Shown here: positions 14,141-30,558 of the stretch, in pieces
Numbering within the stretch: the stretch's first letter is position 1
Layout of the letters: each line of letters opens with the position of its first letter
Source of the DNA: Lama guanicoe
Taxonomy: Eukaryota
Length of the DNA stretch: 64,000 nucleotides
NCBI GenBank assembly: GCA_013239625.1
Contig: MU054338.1
Span: 4,179,371 to 4,243,370, forward strand
Direction: 5' to 3'
Notes under the pieces: model-generated
Told to the model about the DNA's origin: nothing
Databases searched by the model: none
The model's input: the letters and a program-made list of their open reading frames with translations, nothing else
Program-made: the position numbers and the translations under genes

Positions 14141-15167
14141 TTTAAGTAAAGCAAAGCAAGGAAAAGGGCTGGGAGATGAGGGTGGGGGTTGTGGTCTTAA
14201 ATTGAGGTATCAGAAGGGGACAGTGAGTACAGAGGCAATGAGGGAACCACGGGAACATCTGGGGGAAGGGCATTCCAGGAAGAACAGCCAGTGCAAAGGC
14301 CCTGAGGCCTGATTAGTTGGAGGGACAGAAAGGAGGCCAGTGTACCCACACTGGAAGAGTAAGGGGGACAGAGCAGGAGGTGCATCACAGGGCAGGAGGG
14401 GGCATTTATTAGACTGTGTAGAGCATTGGGGACTATCCTTAGGACTTGGAGTTGAACCACTGGGCTGTGTTCTGGGTAAACTTGGAAGACGGAGCCAACT
14501 GGATTAGTCAACAGGCTTTGGGAGAGAAATCAAGGATGACTCCGGGGTTTTTTTAGTGTGAGTGGGAGGATGATGGAGCAATGCCCAGGGGTGGGGAGGG
14601 AATAAGATCAGTAATCCATCCCAAACAGGTTCATTTTCAGGTTCGCCTAAGAGCAGATGCAGGGAGGGACGTCTGAAAGAGGCATCTGGGCAGGAGAGAG
14701 AAGGGCAGGTGGCGACACACAGGTATTTAGAGGCAGAAGATTAGATAAGATTATCCAGGGGTTGGAGATAAAGAAGTTCAAGGAAAAATCTCATAGGATT
14801 GGTAAGATTAAAAATAAAAAACAATCACCACAAGAAGACACCCATCAACAAAGGACTGATTAAGTAAATTACAGTCTCCTATGTAACAGAATGCTATGCA
14901 ACAGCCCCCCCAAAATGGAGGGGGGGTGGCAGCCTACTTTCAAGATGGACTGGCATCCATCCTTGCCTGTTCCTCCTCCCGACCTCCATCCAGCTTCTTG
15001 GAAAAGGAATGTCCCAGCTGAAGCACCATTTTGGATTCTGATTCTGACAAGAAGGGCCCCACCCCAGGGATGGCTGAGCTGTGAGCTGGAAGGAGGTGTC
15101 TGGGAACTTCCTGGGACAGAGTACCCCACTTCCCACCCTGTGTGCCAACCTCCAGACTGTTTGGGAG

Positions 15168-15666
15168 ACTTACTGAATACCGTGCTGAAAGTGAAAAACG
15201 GCATGGTTGTCTAGGTACAGAATGGTTGTAAGTGGATGGTATTTTGGCCCCTCGATCATGCGACTGACCGGGAGCTGTGGCTCCCAGCATCGGGATACTA
15301 TCACAGCACACATCTCTAGCCCAGGAAAAGATCCAAATTCGAAACGTGAAGTACCGTGTCTACTGACTGCGTATCTCAGATCTCTGTCAAGTCGAAAAAT
15401 TGTAAGTTGAAGCATCGTAAGTTGGAGACCGTCCGTATTCAATAAGTGGCATGAGCTACTCAACACAATCATGAAAGAGGCTTTGTGTTCAATGATTTTG
15501 CCCAACTGCAGGCTAATAATGTGTTTTGAGCACATGTAAGGTCAGCAGGGCTAAGCTATTATGTTTAGAAGGTTAGGTGTATTAAATACATTTTCAACTT
15601 AACAATATTTTCAACTTACCAACGGGTTTATTGGAAATAACCCCATCGTAAATCAAAGATGATCTG
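15168..15666. mobile_element. Tigger4 (Zombi)-like Tc1/mariner element in two oppositely oriented halves
   Basis: 15168-15435 resembles the 3' half and ends in the TIR-like CGTAAGTTGGAGACCGTCCG. 15436-15666 resembles the reverse-complemented 5' half and ends CCCCATCGTAAATCAAAGATGATCTG. Confidence 0.65.
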
Positions 15667-18339
15667 TTTTGCCATACACAGCCCTGTGGCTAAATCTCAC
15701 TGCTCACCTTTGATCATTTCCTAAAAATGGGTAACACGAAATGGATTATGAGATTTTGAAATTGAGTGCCAGCTGGGTTTCCAGAGAAGCTTCCACAGTG
15801 TGGGAGTCGATGACAGTTCCATGTACCCACAGCCTCTTCAGCCCTCAGGGTTTGTTTCTTTAATTTTCATTTTCTGTCCATTCAATAGGCCTGTTTTGCA
15901 TTCACCCCAGAAGAGGTAACAGCGATCTCTGACCACGGAGTGATAATCTAAAACCAGTAGGATAGGTTGATGGGCCGATTTGTAGCCAAGAGTCAAAATC
16001 AATCCATCCATCCTTCCTTCCCTCCCTCTTGAATTCATTCATTGAGAACATACCAAGCAGGCAAAGTTTGGAGGACAGTAAGTATTTGGGTGCCTATAAT
16101 GTGCCAAGTATTGTTCAGAAGTTGCTTTTTTTTCCCCATTTGGAGTCACTAACTCACTTGAAATTAAATCAGACATTTTCAACCGGAAGCAACTCCGCCC
16201 TCTAACGGGGGCGCTTGGCAGTGTCGGAGAGTTTGGGTGGCTGCGATGCGGAGACGTCACTGACATCTAGTGTGTGGCGACCAGGGAGGCTGCTCAAAAC
16301 CCCGCAATACACAGGACGGCCTCCCACCAGCACAGAATCATTCCACCCAGAATGTCAACATTCCTCAGGTTGAGACACTCCAATTTAAATGAAATGGAAT
16401 AGTACTGGATAAAAGAGAACAGAAAATACCAGACGGCGTTGTTCAAAGTAAGGAGAAGTATCATTTAATAAGACCTCTTTAAGGAGGCGGCGTTTAAGCA
16501 GAGAATTTCGTGTTGAAAGGGAGCGAGATTCCAGCGGAGGGCACAAGCCGAGGCTGGGTGGCTGGATCGAGGTGGGCGTGTCTGAGGAGCAGAAAGCCGG
16601 CCAGCGTGCCCCCCCCCAGCCAAGCGGAGGGAGGGCGAAAGGAGAGGTTAGAGGTCAGCAGGGGTGACTGGGAACCGAGGAGAGGATTTCAGGTAAGGGA
16701 GCGACGTTGTTCATTTTGCTTTGACAAGGATCATGTGGGCTGCTGAATGAAGTTACAGCAGGGCTGGAGCAGGTGTGAAGTTGCAACACTTAGGAGGTCG
16801 TTACTGAGGGTGTTTATGAGGTCGGAGGAGGTGAAAAGTAGCTGAACTGTGGATGGGTAAAGCAGGTGAAGCAAAGGCAGTGAGGGCAGGGGGTGTGGGG
16901 CAGTGTCAGGGCGGGGGAACTGTGGAGGCTGTAGCAATGGATGGCTTGGCCCTTCTCCCAGGGGCAGCGTGGAGGCTCAAGCCTCAGGGAAACCAGCTGG
17001 GCAGGGCCACCATCCTGACTCACAGCAGAAACTAGGATGGCCCCTGCCACCCACTTACTTCCTCAGCCACGACTGGGTAAACACCTCTTTCGGTGCCACA
17101 GGTGCCTCCAAGGCCTCCTCCAACCTCTTCCACTTCAATATCCTTCCCTCTGTCCTGCTCCTGATCCCACAAGGAGGGCAGTGTCCACGTCCTGCTCTAT
17201 CTCCCTATCAGCATGGGATCCCCGGAGGCATGGAGGGCACAAAACTACTCTTATCTGGGGCACCCAACATCAAGTTTAGAGTGCAGCAATGAGGCGGCGT
17301 CTGCCTATTAACTCCTACTTGTGCGTCAAAACCCACTTCAAATGGACCTTTATTTGGGAGGACTTCTTGGATGCTCATGGTTACTGATCTAACACAATTA
17401 ACTAATGCACATCAATAGCTAATACAAATTGAGCACCTATTACATTCCAGGTCCCATTCTGAGGACCTTACACACAACAACCCTATGATACAGTTTATTA
17501 TCATTATCTCCACTTGACGAATGAGAAGCTAAGGCTCAGGGACACAACTAGTAAGTAGTGGTGCCAAGATCGGAATGTAGGGGATATCAACATGCTGCCT
17601 CAGCGGGTATCCTTCCCTGTGAGATTGGTTTGATCATCACTATCTTCCAGACACTTCGGGCTCAGAAGGGTTAAGCAATGCACCTAAAATCACACAGCAA
17701 GTCAGTAATTGAGCCAGCCTTGCTTGGCACATGGGGCAGCTGCCTCCAAAGCCCTCAGCTTTTAACCTTCCTCCCTTACCACTTCATCTTTTGGTTCAAA
17801 GTGTAGTTGATGAGCACCTACTGTGTGCCAGGCACTGTTCTAGGCTCTGGGGACAAAATAGGGGGCAACTCTGAGAAGGCGATTTTAGAACTGAAAGATG
17901 AAAAAGAATCCACCTTGAGAAGATCTGGGAAAAAAGAGAAGTCCCAAACGTTACCAGGAGCCTCCCTTCTCCTCCCTCCTGCCCCACCTGCCTTTGCCCA
18001 TTCTCTTCTCTTTGCCAGGAGTGCCTTTCCCTACCTAACAAACTCCTATACATCCCTCAAAGCCCAGCTCCAATACCTGCCCCTCCTAGAGAACCTTTGC
18101 TGACCAACTTTCCAGGCTAAGGACGCAACCCCACCCTTGGGCTTCCACAGCAGGGAAGAGGGAGGGGTGTCCCTCCCTCTCTCCACCAGTAACCATAGGA
18201 TGGGAAGGTCTCAATAGGAGCCAGCCTCACCACGCTGGAAGATCCTTGAGGCCAAGGCCCAGCGGACAAACGGAACTGATTTCTAAAATAGGCAATGAGT
18301 AGCAGAAAATTTTGACGATTCCTCTGGAAAGAGACTCAA

Positions 18340-18543
18340 ACAAGAGACTTTAAAGTTCTCGGGCTTCGGTCAGGCGCCACTCCTTGACCACGCCCTCCAG
18401 GCTCCGCCCCGCCCCGCCCCGCCCGAAACTAGCCTCACGCTTCCCGGAAGCTGAGCGTCACGTGAGCGAGCGCCGCGGGCGCAAAGCACGCCGAGAGTTG
18501 TAGTCCCGCCACCGTACGGAAGCCGGGACGGACGTGGGGGGCG
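18340..18543 (+). promoter_or_regulatory. CLPP CpG-island promoter
   Basis: CpG-dense. Tandem GC boxes at about 18405-18425, TTCCCGGAAG (ETS-like) 18441-18450, E-box GTCACGTGAG 18457-18466, reverse GACTACAACTC (ZNF143-associated motif) 18495-18505. Confidence 0.75.
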
Positions 18544-22824
<4,281 letters not shown>

Positions 22825-25314
22825 GAGCTGGTCCTCACCCTCCAGAGGGAAGCAGAGGGGCCAGGCGCCAGCCCTTCCTGCCCCTCACCACTGGGCCTGG
22901 AGGGGCCCCTTGAGGAACTCTGGATTTGAGGGGTGTCCCTCCAGGTGGGCATCCTGGCTGAGACACTGTGATTTTTAAATTAAATATTTGTAGTCTTTGC
23001 TCCCATCTGCGGCGCCTGCCCCCCCCACCGCCTCCGCTGCGCCTGTGTGTGTGCTCCACCCGGCCTCTGCTGTCACATTGACCTTCAGCGCCCTAATGTC
23101 AGCAAACTCTGCTGAGCATATGCGACATTCCAGGCACTGCTCCAGAAGCGACAACATATTATGAAGAAAACATAAAAATCCCTGTCCTGAAACTTACCTT
23201 CTTATGGGAGTATACAGTTTAAAAAAACAGTCAGGGAAAGAGGTACGCAGTGTGTGCATGTGTATGACAGTTTCAGATGGGGTAGCCTGTGAAGGCCTTG
23301 CTGAAAAGGTGACATTTGAGCAAAGACCTGAAGGAGGTTGGGGAGGGTGGGGCGCAGCTTGCTATCTGGGGGCAGCGCAGTCCAGGCAGAGGACACAGTG
23401 AGTGCAAAGGCCCTGTGGCAGGATGTGGCTGGCACATGGGAGAAACCACAGGGTGGCTGGAGTGAGTAAGTCAGTGAGTGAGGGGGGTGCAGTGGAGGAG
23501 GTGAGAGCAGGAAAGGGAGGAGTACAGATCATAAAAACCCTGGTAGGTCTTAGCAAGGAGAGAGATGCACCATGGAGGATTTCGAGAAGAGGGACAAAAA
23601 GGAACCACAGAGTGGTGGCAAGCCCAGAACCCCGGAGACCTGGGAGGAGACTTAGAATAATCCAGAGGAAGGCTGATGGCCCTGACCAGGTGGTGAGGTC
23701 AGATTCTAGCCAGGCTTTAAAGGCATGGCTGACAGGTGGAATGTAAGACTTGAGTGAGAAAATAATCTCCAAAAATTCCCAAGATGTCGGCCCAAAGCCA
23801 TGAAAAAGATGGAAAGAAAGATGAGATTTCCCCATAACTGAAACAAGAGAGGTAGGGGGAGGAGCAGCATGGAGGGCAGGGATGAGGAGCTGGTTTTGCA
23901 TGTGTGACATTTGACACCTGCTGTGCCTCAGCCATCCCAGAGGATGGGGAAGTCGGGTCAGGGCTAGGAATAAAAACGTAGGAGACTTCAGCCTGTCGCT
24001 GAATTAGTGGCCAGGCTGAGAAGTGGCTGTGACATTTGGCACACTGGAAGTCACTAGTGGCCTTGAACAGATCACTTTTGGTGCTGTGGGTGCAAAAAGC
24101 CAGATTGGAGTGGACCCAGAGAGAAGGGGTGGGAAAACATTGAAACTAGACAAGTCTTTTCAAGGAATTTTGCTATTGAGAGCAGAGAACACGTGTGGCT
24201 GTTGCTGGAGGGAGAGTGGAGGTCAATTTTTTTGTTTTTTTAATTTCAGAGGATTTTAAAATTTGGCTTCATTCATTGGTTGCATTTGGCTGAACTTTTC
24301 AGTCTGCACAATTTTAAATATATACAAAAGCAGAGAGACTAGGAAAATGAGGTCTCAGGAACCCACCACACCAATTCAACAATTAATTAATTCTATAGCA
24401 CCAATTCAACAATTATCAATTCACTGCCGATTGTGATTTGTATCCCCCTTCCCCTCTCCTGGCCCCATTACCTGCTTTTTATTTCATCTATAAATATTTC
24501 AGTATGGAGTTCTAAAAGGATAAGGAATCTAAAAATACAACCACAGTACCATTTTCAAACCCTGCTAAATGACAGCACTTACCGTGGTCAAATATTCAAC
24601 CAGTGTCCAAATTTCCCCCGTTGGCTCTATTTTGTGTTTTTTTAGTTTGTTCCAATCAGGATCCAAATAAGGTGCATACTTGCCACTGGCTGACAGATCC
24701 TGAAGTGTCTGGTAACTGCTGGTTTCCCCTTAACCTCTCAATCTCTCCCTCTTTTTCTTCTCTTTCCTTGGAACTCACTTGTTGGAGAAACAGGGTCATT
24801 TGTCTTGTGGACTTTCTCATTGTCTGGATTTTGATGATTGGATCCTGGCTTTGGGATTTCCAGTAACTTGGTGTATGAATCTAGACAATCCTTTGGGCAA
24901 GTGACCTCTGAGTTGAGGTGCCTTCTGGCAGGAGACCCCTGAAATCCAGCTGTCTCTTTTCATGACGTTAGGAGCGGATCAGAGTGCTGGGCTAGGCCCA
25001 CTAAGACATTCCAATAGGGGCTGCAAAATGGTGACAAGCCAATTCTACCATTAAAGGAAAAGGATTTTTTGTTTCTACCCTGTGTTTTGAGCTGGCGGCC
25101 AGCCTGTTTGTGTGCGGGTGAGGGTGACCCAGAAGAGGAGAAAGGAGTGGTGCCTCGCTTTGACCTCTGGCTGAAACCCCTACTACATCTCAGCCTGACT
25201 ACTCCACCTTTAACCTCTAGCCCAGGCCAACTTCATAACCTTGACGCAATCTATGACCCCTGACCTCTGACCCCAAGCCAGAGCGTGCCCTCGCCCTCGA
25301 AGGACTGACTTGCA

Positions 25315-25555
25315 GCATAGCCAATAGTCTGAGAAGCTACGGTCGAAGACGCCCAATAGCACGGAAGAGGAGGCGGGCTCTGGGGAGAGCCAATAGCTTG
25401 AGAGAACGATTCGAGTAACAACCAGTGGCCTTGAGCGAGAGGCGGGAGTCTGAGGAGAGCCAATCGCTGGAGGGACTCGGGTCCGGCTGTGCCAATGGCT
25501 CGGGGGGGGGGCGTTGCCCTGACTCCGGCCGCTTCCACGACCCGGCCCCAGGGAT
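25315..25555 (+). promoter_or_regulatory. ALKBH7 promoter with an array of CCAAT (NF-Y) boxes and GC boxes
   Basis: CCAAT at 25321, 25353, 25390, 25460 and 25492, plus CCAGT at 25422. CpG-rich and directly upstream of the ATG. Confidence 0.75.
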
Positions 25556-27100
25556 ATGGCCGGGAGTGGGCGACTGGCTCTGGGTACGCTTCCCAGGCAG
25601 GGCTGGGTGCGGGGCTCGGGACCGGCTGTGCTGAGCCGCCTGCGGGACGCGGCCGTGGTGCGGCCCGGCTTCCTGAGCGCGAACGAGGAGGAGACGCTGA
25701 GCCGTGAGCTGGAACCCGAGCTGCGCCGCCGACGATACGAATATGATCACTGGGATGCGGTGAGGCCGTGGTGCTAGTGGTGGTGTTGCGGCAGGGCGGG
25801 GCCCCGGGGGGGCGGGGAGTGGAGTGTTTGGTGGGCAGGGCTAAACTAAGGCTGGGGGCGGGACCTTGGTGGGGACGGAGTCTTTAAGCTTGGGAACCTT
25901 GGGGGCATGGAGAGCACTTCGGAGATGAGGTCAGGGCCATAACTGGAGGCAGAACCTGGAACTGAGGGATGTTTGGAGGGACAAGACCAAAGTTAGGGGC
26001 AGAAACGTGTATGGAGAAGAGATGGGGGTGGTCACGGTTTGGGGATGCAGACGGGGGGCCTGGTGTTGAGTGGGATCGAGTTGTGAACATTGTAGCCAGA
26101 CCAGCATTGGGGACGGGATCTGAGACTGAATTAGAGCCTGATGGTGGGCACAAAGGACTGAGGCCAGACCTAGATAGGGCAGAGGTTGGGGTTTGAGACC
26201 CAGGATCATGGGGTAGATAGGACCAAGGTTGTGAGTTGAAGGTGGGGTCAAGTATCATACTGGAAATAACAGCCCTTTGCTTTGCACTTTGGCAACTCAC
26301 TCCCCCCCCGCCCCCGCACTGTGCCTCAGTTTCCCTGGCCCCCTGGGAGCTTCTAGGCTTGACCTGAGCCCTCTGGGCAGGCCATCCATGGCTTCCGCGA
26401 GACAGAGAAGTCGCGCTGGTCAGAAGCAAGCCGGGCCATCCTACAGCGTGTGCAGGCGGCTGCCTTTGGCCCTGGCCAGACCCTGCTGTCCCCTGTGCAC
26501 GTGCTGGACCTGGAACCTCGGGGCTACATCAAACCACACGTGGACAGCATCAAGGTGGGCAGGGGCCAATGCCTTAGAGCTCCTGGCTGTGGGTGAGCCA
26601 GCCAGGCCAAATCCTGACTTGCCACCGTGTCCCCTCTTCCAGTTCTGTGGGTCCACCATTGCCGGCCTGTCTCTGCTGTCTTCCAGCGTCATGCGGCTGG
26701 TGCACACCCAGGAACCAGGGGAGTGGCTGGAACTCTTGCTGGAGCCAGGCTCCCTCTACATCCTTAGGTACTGGCAGCCAAGGAGCCCCAACCCCACTGG
26801 TAACTCGTAAGACACGCCCACCCCAGCACTTTGAGCACCTTTTCTCATCCAGCCCTCACAGCAAACTACCCACAGACAGTCTGCCTGAAACAGGGACTGC
26901 CCTCACCCCACCCACCACAGCCTATTTTCTCTTGCAGAGGCTCAGCCCGCTATGACTTCTCCCACGAGATCCTTCGAGATGAAGAGTCCTTTTTCGGGGA
27001 GCGTCGGGTTCCCCGGGGCCGACGCATCTCCGTGATCTGCCGCTCCCTTCCTGAGAGGATGGGGCCAGCAGAGCCCAGGCAGCCGCCCCCAGCCTGCTGA
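25556..27100 (+). CDS. ALKBH7: AlkB homolog 7, mitochondrial 2-oxoglutarate/Fe(II) dioxygenase, 4 exons, 221 aa
   Basis: Exons 25556-25759, 26381-26554, 26643-26767, 26938-27100 (666 nt, GT-AG). Motifs [24 protein letters not shown] (HxD), [24 protein letters not shown] at 27144-27149. Confidence 0.97.
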
Positions 27101-27417
27101 CCCCTGGGCCCTTCTCCCAGCTTCTCAAGACACTGTGTTTGAGAATAAAGTTAGAGGATGGACAAGCTGGCCTTCCTGGCACTAGCTATTTGCAGGGGCT
27201 GGGACCTGCAGGGAAGCCCAGGACCTCACCTGGCTACCCACCGGGAGCATCCCGGGCTGAACACACAGCATGAGGTGGAGGGAGCAGTTTCCTTTATTGA
27301 GCTCCTTGTTGGTGGCCCCAGCCCACCTCACCCTTTCGTTTTCTTGGCATCTAAGTCTCCAGTAAAGTAAGTCAGCAGAGCTCCTCCAGCGGCTGCAGGG
27401 CCCCGGGCCGGGCACGC

Positions 27418-27958
27418 TCAGCCGCCGCAGCCACAGGCTGCCGCTGAGAGCTGGGGCAGCCGCTGCCAGCGGTGGTGGTCGTCCAGGAAGGCCACGTCAG
27501 CGTAGCGGGTGGGTCGGCAGCAGGGCCCACCGTGGGCTCGGCCCTGGCTCCGCAGCCAGGCCAGCGTCAAGCCGTGCTGGGTGCGGGCGCCGTGGGGACA
27601 GCTGCCGGCGCAGTAGCGGAAGATGACGGTCTCCTCCGACGTGTAGCCCAGGCCCAGCTCGGCCACAGGCAGGGACAGGCTCCACAGCTGGCACGGGCTG
27701 GCCGGGGCCCTGTGCAAGCGAGTGCCTGCAGGACAAGGGGCAGCTGACAGCAGGCAGCATCCAGGCAGGAGTTGGAGGGCACATGGGGTTCTGGGGGTCC
27801 TTACCCAGCTGTGGCCTCTGGGTTCCTCTGTCGCCCACTGGATGGGACAGGAGCCCCCCATCCTCCACCAGAGCACCCCAGGTTCCAGGGTTCCCCCCAG
27901 GGTCCAGCTGCGGGATCAGGAGCAGCAGAGAGCCTAGCAGGACTCTTCCTGTGGCCAT
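27418..27958 (-). CDS. PSPN: Persephin precursor (GDNF-family ligand), 2 exons, 153 aa
   Basis: Exon 1 27958-27805, 79-nt GT-AG intron, exon 2 27725-27418. Cystine-knot pattern CQLWSL..LGLGY..E..FRYCAGSC..GPCCRPT..LSAAACGC. RLHR dibasic-type processing site. Minus-strand AATAAA at 27293-27298. Confidence 0.93.
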
Positions 27959-30558
27959 GGTGATGGGCAGGTCCTCAGGGTGGGGGTGCCCTGCACCCTC
28001 AATTTATCCCCTGCCTGAGCAGGGGAGATAACCTCTTCACTGCCGGCTGCTGCTCAGGCACAAAGGCCCCCATGTCGCACACCTCGGGCCTAGGCGGTCC
28101 AGCCCTTTCTGTCCCACACGGCATCCTTCGAAGAGTTAAGGGTGCACACCCCCCACACACCCTATCCAGACATTCCACATACTGATCTCTGACACCCCCT
28201 CCGCCCCCTGATTTATGAGTGTGGCGGCAGCCAGGGCCAAGCCCAGGGCAGGTGACCGGGGTCCCTATTCGACCTGCTGTCTGGAGGGAGAGGCCAGGGA
28301 CTCCGTGGGTCCCCTGGTGGGACCCTCTGCACTCAGGCAGGGTGCTGGGGCTCAGTGGCCCCTGTGTAGTGTGCCAGGTGGAGCAGCTATGTGTGCAGGG
28401 AAGAGGCGGGTTGGCAGGTGGGTGAGCTGACGGGGAATCCATCACGGCTCCCGCCTGGAGGATCAAGACATCAGGCCCCTGTCTCCGGGCCTGGCTGAGC
28501 CAGCATCAAAACAGGAAAAGGGAGAGGCCTGGGGACAGCCAAGAGCTGGGACACCAGGGGCAGGAAGCTCCCCTGCAGGGACTCCAGGCTCGAAGGCCAA
28601 ACAGCCCCTCACCGGGGCCCGAGCCCTATCCTGGGGTTGAAGGGCATCAGAGCTGGAGGGGAGGGTAAGGCCTGCTGAGCCAGGGGCAGCAGCAGGCCCC
28701 GGTGACTTCCCCGGCCTAATCCATCACCCCCGGGAAGTGAGCCTCCATCCTGTCCTGTCAAAGGGGGCCAAACAGAGTCCCTCCCACATGGGCTTCTGAG
28801 GACAGAAGCTGCATTGAGCATTTAACGTGGGGCCTGATGCTAAGGAGTTGCAAGAGCTTTTGAGGCAAAGGAGGTAAGAACAGCTTGTGTAGGTTTGCGA
28901 AGTGCTCAGTCTCATACAGGTGGGACTGGGTTAAACTCAGAGTAGACTGTACCCAAGAATGGCAGGCGTCAAGTTTGCTTCCACATGGCTGCGCGTGCGT
29001 GTCTGTGACAGACATGCCTGCGGGTATGAGTGCGAATCAGTAGCAGGTGAATGTTTGCTACAGAAACTGCAAATCACATCCCTTGGACCCAGGAAACCTG
29101 CTTCAGGAACTCATCCTAACCAGGAGAGCGAAGACGCAAGCTCAGGGATGTTTGCTGCCTTTTGTATCAGCGAGAGACTGGAAATGACCTCACCTACACC
29201 CACCAGGGACTGCTTCAACGATTTTGGTGTGGTTCATATTTTACTGCTTACAGACTACTTTCAGACGGGGTGGGGATGGGGGCCCCAGGGGTGTTACTTA
29301 CCCAGAGTCACCCAGAATTAAGCAGCACAGGCGGTATTTGACCCTGGGTCCCACTGAATACAAGTCCCTTGCTCTGGACCCCTGGGGTGTGTGGCGCACC
29401 CTGTAGGGAGGCCTTAGACCCCAGTGCACGTGGTAAACAGGACAGGGGCGAAATTGCTAGGGCAAGGGGCAAGCACTCTTTCTGGCTGCCCCAAAAGGCC
29501 TGGTGGAAGGATGGGGAGGGAGGTTGGATCGACCTGGGACATTCCAAGGAATTAGTCTGACATCTCAGGCATTCCCGCTCGGCAGCCAAGGGCCGGTAGA
29601 GCTGGGTGGGAAAGCTTCCCACCTGTGGTCTCCAGCTTGGGCAAGACAGAAGCCCAACATCCTGCCCCCCGCCGGATCACTCAAATGGGGGCTCAAAAGT
29701 AGTGCCTGCTGCCAAATTACACTTCTAGCAATGTGACTGTCCACGAACTCAAAAAAGCCCCCCCCGCCCCGCTGTAGAACACCTAGCAATGCTGCATAAC
29801 ATGAATGCCTAACTAACCAGTGGGAATCTAAGGAAAACCCCAGAAACATCACTGGAAAGTTGAAAAATAGGGCCCAGAAGCCAACATCAGCCACAGAGGG
29901 GTCTGGGATTTTGTGGCCACCTAGGGACAGAGCCACAGCTGAGAACCACACCTAAAATGGGCTCAGGACAGGACAGGACTTCGGGGGCACCCAGGGGGAG
30001 CACAGGCAAAAACCATCTGGAAGGACTTGCCTGCAAAGCAGACCACCCATGAGTTCCCCATCCCAGATAACAAAACACAAGAATCAATCGGAAGGAGGAG
30101 TCAGGATATGGGGTGCCTGCGAGCCTCAGGTACTGCATGAGTGTGGGGGAGACTTTAAGACAGGGACACTTAAGGTAAAAAATGCCAGAGACAGGTTCAA
30201 GAACGGAAGCGGCCAGACAGAAAACAGACCGGCTGGTCTGAAAAAGAATAAACTAAGTACTTCGTAGGTTTAGGTGGTGGGTAAGCCACAGCTGGAGAGA
30301 GAGCTGGCCAAGTGGAAGACAGAGCGGAAAGAAATCACCCAGGAGAGGCTCGGTGGACAAGGCAGAGTGGCAAAAACACGGGCAAGTTCCAAGAGGCGTC
30401 TGAAGGTTCCAGAAAGGAGGGACTGGAGAGAGGGAGAAGTAAACCGAGGAGAAAGCAGCAGGGGCCCCTCGGCCTGGGGGCGAGTGGGATGGAATCAGGA
30501 GCCGGAGGAGGAGGATCCAGCTAACAGAGCACGTTTATTGGGTGGGGCGGGGCGGGCC

